This document shows positions 45,390 to 57,200 of a stretch of 64,000 nt of DNA, in pieces. Each line of letters starts with the position of its first letter. The stretch's first letter is position 1. A program made the translations under genes and the position numbers. The stretch is from a virus. The notes under the pieces were generated by a model. That model did no database searches and was not told the origin of the DNA. It saw nothing but the letters and a program-made list of their open reading frames with translations. The stretch is from the IMG/VR virus record IMGVR_UViG_3300025133_000027, positions 32,001-96,000 of that record; one strand, 5' to 3'.

Positions 45390-48300
45390 ATGCCTAAACC
45401 AACTATACCAACAGTAACATTTGAAGAAATAAGAGAAATCACTAATAAAAGTGCCTTCTTCAAAGATGAACCATATAAAAGTGGCAAAGATGGCTTAATT
45501 CTTATAAGTGATCCTTTAAAAGAGAGAGATAAACTCGAAGCTCTTACCTTAGTTACAAACTGCCTTAATAGTATTTGGAACTTTAAGCATGTAGAGTTAT
45601 TTACAAATATTGAATACAAAAGCGGTAGTGATAAAGACGTAGTAATGACGCCAGCGTTAGAGACTACAATAAGAAAGATTCAACTTGGAGAATACGAGAC
45701 TCCTTTCTCGCAAGCATTGTCTAAATTTTATAAAATAACAGATGATAATTTAGGTATAATAGATAAAAGAACCTATAATTCAATAGTTTCACACTCTCTA
45801 TATAAGTGGTTTAGAGAGACTTACTTAACCGGGACGAACCTAGGTGACTACCTATCAGAAGGAAAGGCTTCTGACTTGTCTGCTATCAGTTGGGAAAAGA
45901 CTGAAATGGCTTTGGGTGAATCAAGAATCTTTATCGAAAAAAAAGAAGAGCAACCAAAAATTCTTGTTGTATTCAAACAAGCAAAATCTGTTGACGATAT
46001 AAAAGAGAATATAAAAATATACACAGATTGGGCTAGTGACCTTGTAAGAGGTTTTGTTTTTAGAGATACTAAAGACATTAAACCAGAAGTCTTTTACAGA
46101 ACATCACTTAGAGAAGGCACAGATATAACTAAAATCTGTGTCTCATATAACTTTGTTGATGTTTTATTATCTAAGCAAGATGATAGCAGTCAATCGATTG
46201 AGGAAGAAGAGCTTATTAAATTAATTACGAGTTCCAAGGTTTCTATGTATAAAACTTCCTTTAAAGGGGAACTAGGCGTAGACTCAATTAAGACAATTAG
46301 TGAAAAAACCCTAAGACTCTCAGAAAAACTAAAGAGTGAGGTTTCTAACGAGTTTAAGACTGTAGACTTGTTCCTAAAAGAGAAAGAAGACTTAGCAGAA
46401 GAACTAAACAACTATGGAATGGCAGATAAAGAAGAAGCCGTTGCTATAATAGAGAGCGAAGAATACCCATTAAGTATCCCAAATTGGGGAGATGCCCTGG
46501 TAAGTTTATATACAAGAATCTTTGAGATCTATGTTAAGGAAAAGAAAAGAAATCTAAAATTCCTAAACTTCAATAACAAATTGCATGAAGAAGCTATTGA
46601 ATTTTATTACGATAAGAATAGAAACTTGACAGGTATTCTAGCAGAGCCTATTTCTGGTTCAAAAATTAGCTCCAAGAAACCAGAAAAACAATCTATAACA
46701 ATACCTTTTGATGCAACAAACCCAAAATATCAGATTAAAGTTCCAGATTCTAAAAAAGAAAAAAAAGTAATACTTGTTACTGATATTGCACTCAAGAGTG
46801 AAGACTCTAAGAACGATATATTGGTTGTTAATGAGGGAGAGATCTTTCCAAAGCTTAGAGATAACCTATCTTATGTTCTTAAGAGTGAGGAACAGATTAG
46901 TTTTATAAGCAATTATAGTTATCACTTCCCGCTTGTGCCACTAAAATCTATACATAATCTGTTTATGATTAACCAGTCTTTTCTAAAAGAAGATAAACTT
47001 GGTTGGGATACTTTTCTAAGTAAATATCACTACCCATTATTAAACATCCACCCATCAGGAAAGAAAAAAGAAAAAAAAGCAGACCCTTTTGATCTAGATG
47101 GAGCACCAGATTCTAATAAAATAGGGAAGAAAGACTTCGATAAGTCATATGCATATAAGGTTGCATTGGTTCCCGCACTAGTTTCTAAGTATAATTGTTA
47201 TGATGATCTACTTGAGATTATTGACGGAGGGGATCTTCATAGTATCCTTAACTTCTTTTTCGTTAAGTTTCCATGGCAAGAACTCTTGATGAGAGCCATC
47301 ATCGAACATAGAGATCGTCTAGAGTCTCTTGGGGTATCATCTGGCGTGATGGATTGCATTGAGGGAATAGATTTAAATAAGATATTAGCAGCCTATAGAA
47401 ATCTTCTAGCTCTCTGGGACAATAAAGAGAATATTTTAGTTGGCTTGGTTCCTACTTCGCCAACGATTCCGTTCTTAGAATATGTTCAACTAATTGACTT
47501 TACTGCTGAAATGCGCCAGCGTCTTGTTGAAGTAATCGCAGAAGCTCTTCTCACTGCTCTTGAATCCCTTATTGGTTTTGGTGTAAGAGATCTATTGAAT
47601 ATGTGTGACTTAGATCTAGAAGAAATCAATGCCTTGGCTCGTTCAAGAGATAAAAGTGAATCCTTTTCAAAGAATCCGAACCCCAATGGTGGAGGCGCTG
47701 GTGATCCTGGGTATGAAAATAAGGTGAATCACTTTAGTTGTTCTCTTATGGAGATGCTAAAGGATTCTAATACTGATTTTAGTATCATTTTTGGTGAGTT
47801 GAAAACCAGAGCCTTGATTTCAGGTGAAACTGACATATGCGATTTTAAAAAGTATTTAGATTTAGTATCGAAAACCCTAGACGCTACTGAATTACGAAAA
47901 TTACTATCAGGTTCTGCAAATGCAGACACAGTAGATATAGCAATTTCTTTAACGAAAGGAATATTGGCTGGTCCAACTGCTTATAGAACTGGTTCACAGA
48001 GGTTCTTTAAGTATATTGGAAGCTTAGTTAGTACTAAGAAGTGTATTGTAGATGAAGCTAACAGTTTGAATTTTGAAGTTGGAGTCTGCCCGGAAGACAA
48101 ACTTCTTAAGAACAAAAAGCGTATCGAAGGAATGATCAAGAATAAGAATCTTGGGGACGATTACTTAGCTGATATCACAAATGATGCACTAGATGGACTC
48201 GCTCTGCTTTGTAGGCAGTTTAATAACTTAACTGGCGATGTTTTCGAGATATCAGCAAAACTTCCATCTATCATAAATGAATTCGGTAAGAACACTCTCC

Positions 48301-49016
48301 AAAAATCAGTAGACTTTCCCATTTCTAGCTTTAAAGGGCTTAATACCATTCTGAGAGAACAAACCAACCAAGGCTTTAGCTCTAATCCCGATACTCCTGG
48401 CGGCCTTTATGCTATACTCAATAAGATCTATAACCATGATATTGTTAGTGTAACGAAAGTACCCAAGACAGATGTTTTCTATCCTCTGATAGATTTAGAT
48501 AAAAAATATCAGAGTATTAGTGAAGATATATCTATATCTTCAAGCGGGACTATTGTTTTTGGGAAAACGCTCACTGTTGATAAAGATGGTGTTTTAAGGC
48601 ACAACAAAGAAGATACTGAGGTTGAATTGGCACCTGTTATAGTAAATAATGAAGAATATGGCGTTTGTGAGTTTATCATCGAATCAACCTCAAGTGCTCT
48701 TAAGTTGAATAAGGAAGGTGTTCCAAAGTATAATGATTATGTAGACCGTCAAGTAAAAACGACAAATCTTAAAATGTCATCTTTATCATTAGAAGAAGAT
48801 GTTTTAGATATTCTAGGTGATGAGGTACGATTGTCTGAATTGCTAGATAAACTATTTGATCCAAAAAAACATGAAAAAGATTCAGATTATCACAAGAAAT
48901 TTAAAAATGTGGTTCAAGACTCAGGTAAAGACCCGTCAAGAGAAATTGGAAATTTAATGCTTTATAAAAAAATATTAGAGGAAAGTAAGATTTGTGAAAA
49001 AAAGGTGGAGAAATAA
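45390..49016 (+). CDS. Large hypothetical structural-region protein (1208 aa)
   Basis: Long uninterrupted ORF between the spike and gp25. Confidence 0.6.
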   Translation: MPKPTIPTVTFEEIREITNKSAFFKDEPYKSGKDGLILISDPLKERDKLEALTLVTNCLNSIWNFKHVELFTNIEYKSGSDKDVVMTPALETTIRKIQLGEYETPFSQALSKFYKITDDNLGIIDKRTYNSIVSHSLYKWFRETYLTGTNLGDYLSEGKASDLSAISWEKTEMALGESRIFIEKKEEQPKILVVFKQAKSVDDIKENIKIYTDWASDLVRGFVFRDTKDIKPEVFYRTSLREGTDITKICVSYNFVDVLLSKQDDSSQSIEEEELIKLITSSKVSMYKTSFKGELGVDSIKTISEKTLRLSEKLKSEVSNEFKTVDLFLKEKEDLAEELNNYGMADKEEAVAIIESEEYPLSIPNWGDALVSLYTRIFEIYVKEKKRNLKFLNFNNKLHEEAIEFYYDKNRNLTGILAEPISGSKISSKKPEKQSITIPFDATNPKYQIKVPDSKKEKKVILVTDIALKSEDSKNDILVVNEGEIFPKLRDNLSYVLKSEEQISFISNYSYHFPLVPLKSIHNLFMINQSFLKEDKLGWDTFLSKYHYPLLNIHPSGKKKEKKADPFDLDGAPDSNKIGKKDFDKSYAYKVALVPALVSKYNCYDDLLEIIDGGDLHSILNFFFVKFPWQELLMRAIIEHRDRLESLGVSSGVMDCIEGIDLNKILAAYRNLLALWDNKENILVGLVPTSPTIPFLEYVQLIDFTAEMRQRLVEVIAEALLTALESLIGFGVRDLLNMCDLDLEEINALARSRDKSESFSKNPNPNGGGAGDPGYENKVNHFSCSLMEMLKDSNTDFSIIFGELKTRALISGETDICDFKKYLDLVSKTLDATELRKLLSGSANADTVDIAISLTKGILAGPTAYRTGSQRFFKYIGSLVSTKKCIVDEANSLNFEVGVCPEDKLLKNKKRIEGMIKNKNLGDDYLADITNDALDGLALLCRQFNNLTGDVFEISAKLPSIINEFGKNTLQKSVDFPISSFKGLNTILREQTNQGFSSNPDTPGGLYAILNKIYNHDIVSVTKVPKTDVFYPLIDLDKKYQSISEDISISSSGTIVFGKTLTVDKDGVLRHNKEDTEVELAPVIVNNEEYGVCEFIIESTSSALKLNKEGVPKYNDYVDRQVKTTNLKMSSLSLEEDVLDILGDEVRLSELLDKLFDPKKHEKDSDYHKKFKNVVQDSGKDPSREIGNLMLYKKILEESKICEKKVEK

Positions 49017-50588
49017 ATGTTAGGATATGACGCAGTAAACGCAGCCCTACAATCTTTAGGAGTAAGAGAACACATATCCTCTTATTTGTCTTTGTATTTC
49101 CTGTTTTCTTTTCCTTCATTCAGCATGATTGAAAAAGAATCTCAGGCAATCAACAAGATTACTGATTATTACATAAAAAAATTCAAAGAAGAATTTAAAC
49201 CAAACTTAAACCTTTTATACTTGGCTGCAATCTTTGATATAGATCCAAAGTATGATTTCGCTAAATATGGGGAAGATGAGAAAGCTTCTTGTAAAATACT
49301 AAAAGAAGGAGAAGGCTACTTAAACCAGATCTTTCAAGAAGTATTAAACGGCTTAATTTCTAAATCAATTATTGGTAAAGAAGGTTTGCCTTCCTACCAG
49401 AGTTATTTGGAAAGCCTCACCCTAATGAATATCCCAACATCTAAGTTCATCACCTATGAACAAGAGTTGACCTATACAACCTCTGCCCCTGGCAAACCGT
49501 TTGTAAATGGTCACTTTTTCAAGTGGGCAAACCCGGTGCCAGCCTTAAGTCATGTGTCAACAATTCTTGAAGGATACCCAGATACTTTCAATTCGATACA
49601 AAGACCGGGTATTAATTTTAATCTTGAAAAATTCAACTTTTTCAATAGTGCATCTTTACCTTCTACGTCTGATCTTTCTTTCTTAGAGTCAAATCAGAAG
49701 TTCTTTTTTGAGTTTTATTTCTTTGGAGATCGTAACTTAAGGAAGGAACGATATCTTTCTTTTGAAGAAGTTTTTATGATGAAAGAGTGGGACAGAAAAT
49801 TTGTGGTGACGGGCATGGGAGTGAGGCTTATGACTTTTATCTCCCCTGAAGAATTTAGTGGCACTCCATATAACACTTGGTTCAAAAACAATTTTTCAAT
49901 TTGGAATATAAATTCTTTTAATGTTTCTTACGAGAAAACAGATTTAGGATACAAGTCAAAGAAAAAGACACAAAGAGATCACATTATAGAAAAAGGAACT
50001 TTCTCTGAAATACTCAAGCAAAAACCCAAGACAGCTATAAATATCATTTCAGAAGAAGAAGGATTAATTTACGATAAGGCAATGGTTGTAAATTATGATA
50101 CATCTGGTTCTCTCGATAAAGAGGGAAAAGCAACCATACCAACAATTCATACGCGATTCCCAGCAATTTTGGTGAATAAGGAAGAGTTTGGCATAGATAG
50201 TTTATTTAATAAAGCGTTTGAGGAAATAGACAAGCTTTCACTTGACAAAATAAACAAATTCCCAGTAGGCGCACCTGGGCAAATGCTAAAAAGCAATATT
50301 GATAATGTGGTAGCCGGGAAGATTGCGGAGACACTTTACAATGATCTTCTTAAGAAAGCAGAAGGATTAACTAGTTTGATTATATCAGATGATAAGACTA
50401 AGAAGTATTTTACAAAAATAATTCCAATCGAAACATTACTTACACTCGGGCCTATTTACTATAGCAGTCTCGCTGAGGAGACTGGTATACGCGAGGAGCT
50501 TAAGAACTTAGATGGTTTTGTGTATAAGGATTACTTAAAGAGTATTAACGATTTATTAGAAAACCTATCTAAATTTGATGAATATTAA
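49017..50588 (+). CDS. Hypothetical structural-region protein
   Basis: 523-aa ORF abutting the previous stop; GGAG SD. Confidence 0.6.
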   Translation: MLGYDAVNAALQSLGVREHISSYLSLYFLFSFPSFSMIEKESQAINKITDYYIKKFKEEFKPNLNLLYLAAIFDIDPKYDFAKYGEDEKASCKILKEGEGYLNQIFQEVLNGLISKSIIGKEGLPSYQSYLESLTLMNIPTSKFITYEQELTYTTSAPGKPFVNGHFFKWANPVPALSHVSTILEGYPDTFNSIQRPGINFNLEKFNFFNSASLPSTSDLSFLESNQKFFFEFYFFGDRNLRKERYLSFEEVFMMKEWDRKFVVTGMGVRLMTFISPEEFSGTPYNTWFKNNFSIWNINSFNVSYEKTDLGYKSKKKTQRDHIIEKGTFSEILKQKPKTAINIISEEEGLIYDKAMVVNYDTSGSLDKEGKATIPTIHTRFPAILVNKEEFGIDSLFNKAFEEIDKLSLDKINKFPVGAPGQMLKSNIDNVVAGKIAETLYNDLLKKAEGLTSLIISDDKTKKYFTKIIPIETLLTLGPIYYSSLAEETGIREELKNLDGFVYKDYLKSINDLLENLSKFDEY

Positions 50589-50590
50589 TT

Positions 50591-50980
50591 ATGGCACAAG
50601 GAATATCACTAGACTTACCAATAAGGACTGACAAAATCGATGGACACTATGTGCTCACCAAATCCCTAGAAGATACAGTCCGTAATAATTTCAAAAACCT
50701 AATCTTAACCGTAAGAGGCGAACGTATAATGGATCCTGAATTTGGTGTCGGGGTTCATCAGTTGTTGTTTGAAAACTCATCTACTTCGCTATTGGATGCT
50801 CTGGAAGGTGCAATTATTTCGCAGACAGCCAGATACTTGCCATTCGTTCAGATTATAAACGTAGAAATAAATAATTTATCGGATGATAATAAGCTTGAGT
50901 TACGGATTAATTATCTAATTAAACCGTTGAGTGTTAACGATGTATTAGCTATTAATATTTCTAAAGGAACAATTAGATAA
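50591..50980 (+). CDS. Baseplate wedge gp25/GPW-like protein
   Basis: NLILTVRGERIMDPEFGVG...LLFE...YLPFVQI. Confidence 0.9.
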   Translation: MAQGISLDLPIRTDKIDGHYVLTKSLEDTVRNNFKNLILTVRGERIMDPEFGVGVHQLLFENSSTSLLDALEGAIISQTARYLPFVQIINVEINNLSDDNKLELRINYLIKPLSVNDVLAINISKGTIR

Positions 50981-52773
50981 TGCCAAAACAAAAACCACCA
51001 GTATCATATACGAACAGAGACTTCTCTTCAATTAAGAAGGATTTGATTAACTATGCCAAAGTATATTATCCAGAGACATACAAAGACTTTAACGACGCCT
51101 CTTTCGGCTCGTTGTTGTTTGATTTAGTGTCTTATGTTGGCGACTCAATGTCGTTTTATATCGATTATCAAATGAACGAATCGATGATGGATACTGTGTT
51201 AGACCCAGACACGGCCATTAAGGTCGCTAAAAGAAGAGGTTATAAATTAAGTGGCTCTCCATCCTCAACCGGAACTGCTGCTTTTTATGTAACCGTGCCC
51301 GCGACTTCCGATGGAACCCAGCCAGAAACTGACCTTATCCCAATTCTAAAGAAAGGCTCGACACTTTCCTCAACCTCTGGAGCGAGCTTCATATTAAGTG
51401 AGGATGTAGATTTTTCAAAAGCATCAACTTTAATCACAGTTGCAGAGGTAGCTAACGACGGGTCGGTATCATCTTATGCTATGAAGGCTTACGGAGAAAT
51501 CCTATCAGGTGAGTTAAAGAGTGAATTCTTTACGGTTGGTTCTTATGAAAAATTTAGGAAACTTACTCTTGATGATGATAATGTTACTGAGATTTTACTA
51601 GTGACTGATTCTGAAGGTAGGCAATATTACGAAGTTGATTACTTGGCGCAAGATACGGTAATGAAGCCAATAAGAAATCTTGGAACTGATTTTGAACAAG
51701 CACCTTTCATAATTAAAGAGATGCAGGTGCCAAGAAGGTTTACTGTTGATTATGATTTAGAAGGTGTGGCAACAATCCAGTTTGGACATGGTTCTGAACA
51801 AGAACTGATTGATAAAACATTTCCAGACCCAAGAGATGCAGTCCTTCAATTACACGGCAGGGATTATATATCAGATACTTCTTTTGACCCAAACCTAGTT
51901 AGCAAAACTGAAAAGTTTGGAATATCTCCAACAGATACTACTCTCTTGGTTGAGTATCGTAAGAACACCGAAGCTGTTTTAAATATAGCTGTTGGGGGTA
52001 TCGACTTAGTATCTAATGCTATTATTGAATTCCGACAAAGTAATACTTACTCGAAACAACAAGCACTTTCGTTAATATCAGAATTTGAGGTTGAGAATGA
52101 AGAAAGAATTGTTGGTCAAGTATCTTTATTGAATGTTGATGAAATAAGAGAACTAGCTCTTGCAGCAAACGCAGCGCAAAATAGAGCTGTGACAAAGAAT
52201 GACTATGTTTCTGTTATCTATAGAATGCCTGCTAAGTATGGCAATTTAAAAAGAGCCAATGTTTTACAAGATAAAGACTCTTTCAAGCGTAACTTAAATA
52301 TATATGTGTTGGCAGAAGATGAAAATGGAAAGTTAGTAAAAGCGAGCACGACCCTTAAAAGAAATCTTAAGGCTTGGATCTCAAACTACAAGATGATGAA
52401 TGATACAATTGATATCTTGGATGGAAATATTGTTAATATTGGACTTGAGTTTGAAGTAATTTCTAGTATCGGGGAGAACAAGACTAGGGTCTTAAATGAT
52501 TGCCTACGTGCTCTTAAGGAAAATTTAGGTAGTAAACTAAATATGGGAGAGCCTCTCATCCTTGGTAGGTTATATAAAATCCTAAATGATGTTGATGGGG
52601 TAGAAGATACCAAGTCTGTTAATATAGTAAAGAAGACAGGTTCTTCTTATAGCAACGTAGTTTATGAGGTTAAAGAGAGACTTAAGTCTTCTGGAAGAAT
52701 TTTAACAGTTGCAGAGAATGCTGTTCTAGAAATAAAATATTTCGACACAGATGTAACCGGGGTGGTAATGTAA
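50980..52773 (+). CDS. Baseplate wedge subunit (T4 gp6/baseplate J-like)
   Basis: YTNRDFSSIK.DL, DF...SFG, IQFG.G, AQNRAVTKNDY; follows gp25. Confidence 0.85.
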   Translation: MPKQKPPVSYTNRDFSSIKKDLINYAKVYYPETYKDFNDASFGSLLFDLVSYVGDSMSFYIDYQMNESMMDTVLDPDTAIKVAKRRGYKLSGSPSSTGTAAFYVTVPATSDGTQPETDLIPILKKGSTLSSTSGASFILSEDVDFSKASTLITVAEVANDGSVSSYAMKAYGEILSGELKSEFFTVGSYEKFRKLTLDDDNVTEILLVTDSEGRQYYEVDYLAQDTVMKPIRNLGTDFEQAPFIIKEMQVPRRFTVDYDLEGVATIQFGHGSEQELIDKTFPDPRDAVLQLHGRDYISDTSFDPNLVSKTEKFGISPTDTTLLVEYRKNTEAVLNIAVGGIDLVSNAIIEFRQSNTYSKQQALSLISEFEVENEERIVGQVSLLNVDEIRELALAANAAQNRAVTKNDYVSVIYRMPAKYGNLKRANVLQDKDSFKRNLNIYVLAEDENGKLVKASTTLKRNLKAWISNYKMMNDTIDILDGNIVNIGLEFEVISSIGENKTRVLNDCLRALKENLGSKLNMGEPLILGRLYKILNDVDGVEDTKSVNIVKKTGSSYSNVVYEVKERLKSSGRILTVAENAVLEIKYFDTDVTGVVM

Positions 52774-54215
52774 TGGGCGTAAAGAGATTTTATTCTACAA
52801 AAGATAATACAATTACAAATGCTTTTAAGGCAGGCTTGACTATACGAGGAACTGGCTCTAATATGGGCGAATCAGATATTCTTGAGGTATACTCAATCTA
52901 TGGACAAGCATCTTCGGCTTCCTCTGAGAAGTCAAGAATTTTAATTGATTTTCCTATTTTAACAACTATCGCTCAAAGTAGGGATTCTGGAGAACTACCT
53001 ACTAGTGGAACTGATAATCTATCTTTCTACTTGAGGCTCTATAATGCAGAACACTCTCAAACACTCCCAAAACAATTTACACTTGTGGTTGCGCAAGCAT
53101 CAAGTTCCTGGAATGAGGGAACTGGTCTTGATATGGATGAGTTTTCTGACAGTGGCTACTCCAACTGGATATACCGCAGTAGCTCGGCACCATGGGTTGA
53201 CGAAGGTGGTGATATATTATCGGGTTCGGCAGACACCACAGGTTCACAGCTCTTTGAACTAGGAACCGAAGACTTGCTTATCAATGTAACACCTATTGTT
53301 GAAGACTGGCTAAGTGGTGATAGTTCTTCAAATGGATTTGCTGTTTTCTTGACATCCTCGCAGGAAACTGCTACCGAGTCTTATTATACAAAGAAATTTT
53401 TTGCTAGGAATAGTGAATTTCATATGAAAAGACCTTGTCTAGAAGCAAGGTGGAATTCTTCAAGGGGAGATGATTCCGAGACTTTTTATAAGAGTAGCTC
53501 GTTAGCACCGGCAGCAGATAATCTAAACACTTTATATCTTTACAACAAGATTAGAGGACAATTAGTTGATATTCCATCTGTTGCTCAGGGTGAGATCCTT
53601 GTGTCAGTTCACGAAACTGTTGGGACCCCTGCTCTGCCCTTGCCTGTTGGTGGGGGTGTGGTAGCTGGTGCTGACACTAATGTGACCGGCTCATGGGCTT
53701 CTACGGGCATTTATGAGGCTACTTTTGCGATGAGCCACTCAATCTCTAGCTTCGTGCCTGTATGGAAAACTAATACGGAAGAGTTTCACACCGGCTCAAG
53801 TATAACTGTAAACTCATTTGATTCACAAGACTACTACCCTGATAGAGAATATATATTTAAAATTAAGAATCTTAAAAAATCTTACAGTGAAGACGAAAAG
53901 ATGAGATTAAGACTCTTTGTAAGACATAAAAATTGGTGCCCTACTAATTATACAGTATCTAACACAACAGCTTCTAATGAAATACTTGAAGATGTATTTT
54001 GGAAAGTTGAACGTGTTGTTGATAAGTTTGATATCATTGACTATGGAACTGGTAGTACTCAACACACTCTACTTTCATATGATAGTGAAGGGAACTACTT
54101 TGATTTTGACACAAGCATTCTTGAAAAAGGTTATCAATATGCATTTAAATTTATATATAACATTGCAGGTGAGTATCATGAAGCAAAGAATGAGTTTAGA
54201 TTTAGGGTTGAGTGA
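52773..54215 (+). CDS. Baseplate/tail-associated structural protein
   Basis: KDNTI, SRILIDF, WNEGTG...NW...W...GGD, RPCLEARW; Ser/Thr/Gly-rich beta protein in the baseplate operon. Confidence 0.6.
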   Translation: MGVKRFYSTKDNTITNAFKAGLTIRGTGSNMGESDILEVYSIYGQASSASSEKSRILIDFPILTTIAQSRDSGELPTSGTDNLSFYLRLYNAEHSQTLPKQFTLVVAQASSSWNEGTGLDMDEFSDSGYSNWIYRSSSAPWVDEGGDILSGSADTTGSQLFELGTEDLLINVTPIVEDWLSGDSSSNGFAVFLTSSQETATESYYTKKFFARNSEFHMKRPCLEARWNSSRGDDSETFYKSSSLAPAADNLNTLYLYNKIRGQLVDIPSVAQGEILVSVHETVGTPALPLPVGGGVVAGADTNVTGSWASTGIYEATFAMSHSISSFVPVWKTNTEEFHTGSSITVNSFDSQDYYPDREYIFKIKNLKKSYSEDEKMRLRLFVRHKNWCPTNYTVSNTTASNEILEDVFWKVERVVDKFDIIDYGTGSTQHTLLSYDSEGNYFDFDTSILEKGYQYAFKFIYNIAGEYHEAKNEFRFRVE

Positions 54216-54217
54216 TA

Positions 54218-57200
54218 ATGAGCATTAAAAATCTGTTTAAAAAACAAAATGAAAATAGTAGTCTAAAAAGTCTTCTAAAGAAGAACATCGATGGCTTTTC
54301 AGATGATGTTGAATCTCAAGCACTTATTGAGGAAACAGCAATTGCTTCAAAAATTTATATTCCAGATGTTGACTATTCTACTGCCTCAAATTTTTCAAAA
54401 TTCGGCTCTTCTGAGCTTTATTATGATGCTGCAATCAAAAGAATTTACACACAATATCCTTATGATGGGTCGGCTGCTGAGAAGAAGGCTTATGATAATA
54501 GCTTAACTCCACTTGAAAAACACATTGTAGATAATGAATACCCAAGATATCTAGGACATGCAGTGTTTGGAGAGACTTGGGGAGAAACCGCAGTTAGTGA
54601 TGTGGGTTTTTATTCTTCATCTAATCCTGAATATATTTCATGTTTCAGCCACGCAAGGACACAGACTCTTGATACCTCTTCAAACCAAGCTGGAAGCTTC
54701 CAGCTTGATTGGGACGTAGGCGCAACTATTGAGTTCTGGATGAAAAAGAATAGTTTCGAAGGAGTCTATAATTCAGCAGAAACAATTTTTGATATTAGAA
54801 ATACTTTAGGCACCGCAAAATTTATGATGTGGGCTAGTGTAGCTACGGATCCTGTTATTTATTTAGATTATAAACTTAGTACAGATTCATTTGCATCAAT
54901 TGCTACTTCTGAATTCCAAATGCCTTTTAACACTGGGCTTACTACTATTGCAGATGGTGAGTGGCATCATTATGCTTTTGTCCTAAATAAAAACTCAGGT
55001 GATTATCAGGTTGAGCTCTATGTGGATGGAGTCTACAATAGTACACAAACACAAACACCGACTACAACCACAATAAATTTAACAGGTTCTGCTATTGCAA
55101 CCATTGGTTCCCTAGGAGGTGCCTATGCGACAGGGGTTGTTTCTGCTGGTTATGGAAAACTATCAGGTTCCTTAGACGAATTTAGATTTTGGCAAACAGA
55201 TAGAACTGCAAAAGATATCTCTAAAAATTACTTTACGAAAGTTCATGGTGGCGGAAATACTGATTCTTCAAAAATAAACTCTAATAGGCCACTAGCCCTT
55301 ACCGCTTACTTTAGATTTAATGAACCAAGCATAGGTATTACCGCAGTTGACGATATTGTACTAGATTACTCTGGTCGCCTTGTGAATGGTACGTGGCACG
55401 GACATAATACAAGTTCCCGAGCCACAGGCTCTGCTATTTCTGATACTGGTGATTTAATCATTTACAGTGGTAGTAGCGATGTCCAGACATATATTGAAAA
55501 CAAGAGAGCTTCTGGGCGGTTCTATGATGCTTCAAACAACGCATCTTTAGCAAACTCTATTCCTGCTTGGATTCTAGATGAAGATAGAGAAAATGGAAAT
55601 GAACTAAGTAATTTATTGCAGATTATTGGTTCATATCTTGATACTGTATATTTGCAAATTGAAAATATCAATAAGACTAAGGACTTAGAATATAAGTCTT
55701 CTACGGTTAAGAGCTTTCCTCACAATAATAAGATACTAAACTCTTTAGGGTTTGAGACGCCAGAATTGTTTGTAGACAATAGTGTTCTTGAAGTGATTGC
55801 AGCTCAAGATAATAAAAGATTATTTGAAAATAGATTGGAAGAAGTTAAAGGGTTGATCTATAAAAATATCCATAACAATCTAAATTATATCTACAAATCA
55901 AAAGGAACTGAGAAAGCTTTTAGGAACCTTGTTAGGTGCTATGGTGTTGACGACTCCCTATTCAATATTGCGATCCATGCTAATAACCACGAGCAAGAAG
56001 TTGTTAGTGCATACGAGTATATCCATAATAAATTTTCAACAATAGACTTCACTAATTTTTCAAGTGGTGATAATAAAAGTGCAGTTATCTATTCATACGG
56101 GTCAGCAAGCAGTGATGTTTCTGGTTATATCTCTGGTAGTGCCTTCGAGTACATGGGGAATACTCTCGAAGTATCTGCTTTGTTTCCAAAATACCCAAAG
56201 TCTTCTGAAGAGTCGTTATATCCACCAACTTCTTTTATGTCTCAGTCACTATTTGGAATAGTTGAGGCGGCAGCAGACTCTACAGATTTAACTTATCAAA
56301 CTACCGATAACGCAAATATAAGCGTATTTGCTGTTAATCGAGACAATATAACCAAATTTGTATTAACTTCTTCACTTGGATTTTATTTAGAATCTGATCC
56401 TATTAGCAATGTTTACGAAGATACTACCTGGAATATCTCATATCGAATTAATGCTGAACAAGATGAGTTTGCAGATAATGCAACAGCATCAGCAAACTCA
56501 ACAATTAGTTTTAATGGATACAACTATAACGCTGGTATTTTACAAGATTCTTTTGAGATTACTGGCTCTACAACCAGAGCAATCCATACAGCATTCAATG
56601 CTGCACCTAAACGTATCTGGGCTGGTGCGAAGCGCACCAACGTAACTGGGGCTATCGCCAATAATTCAAACTATAGGTTGATAAATCTTAATTATTGGTC
56701 AGATGGAATTGATAATGATGAGCTGAAAGCACACGCTTTAGATCTTGAAAATATGGGTAGAAGAAGTCCGGGCGAGAATACATTCTCATTCCAAACCGGA
56801 CTATCAGCTAGTTATATTCCTAAAATTGATACTTTAAGTTTAAGTTGGAACTTTGACAGTGTGACAGGTTCTGATTCGTCAGGTGAATTTGTCCTACAAG
56901 ACGTATCTTCGGGCTCTCTTGCAAGAAATACTGCGTATGAGACTGCGTATGGTAAACTTGCCAAAACAAAACACACGGGTTACGGATATGGATTCGAAGT
57001 AAGCTCTGAAATAAAAAAGGTTGAGTTCTTAGAGACCTCAAGAAGGAACACTCCTGAAGAAATTAGTTCTGAGGAGTTGATCTCTATCTTGGAAACAGAC
57101 GATGACGTTCTTGAGAAGTCAACTAGGCCAACTAGTTTTTACTTTTCGTTTGAAGCTAATATGTTTAGGATCATCTCTAAGCGCATGCTTCAATATTTTG

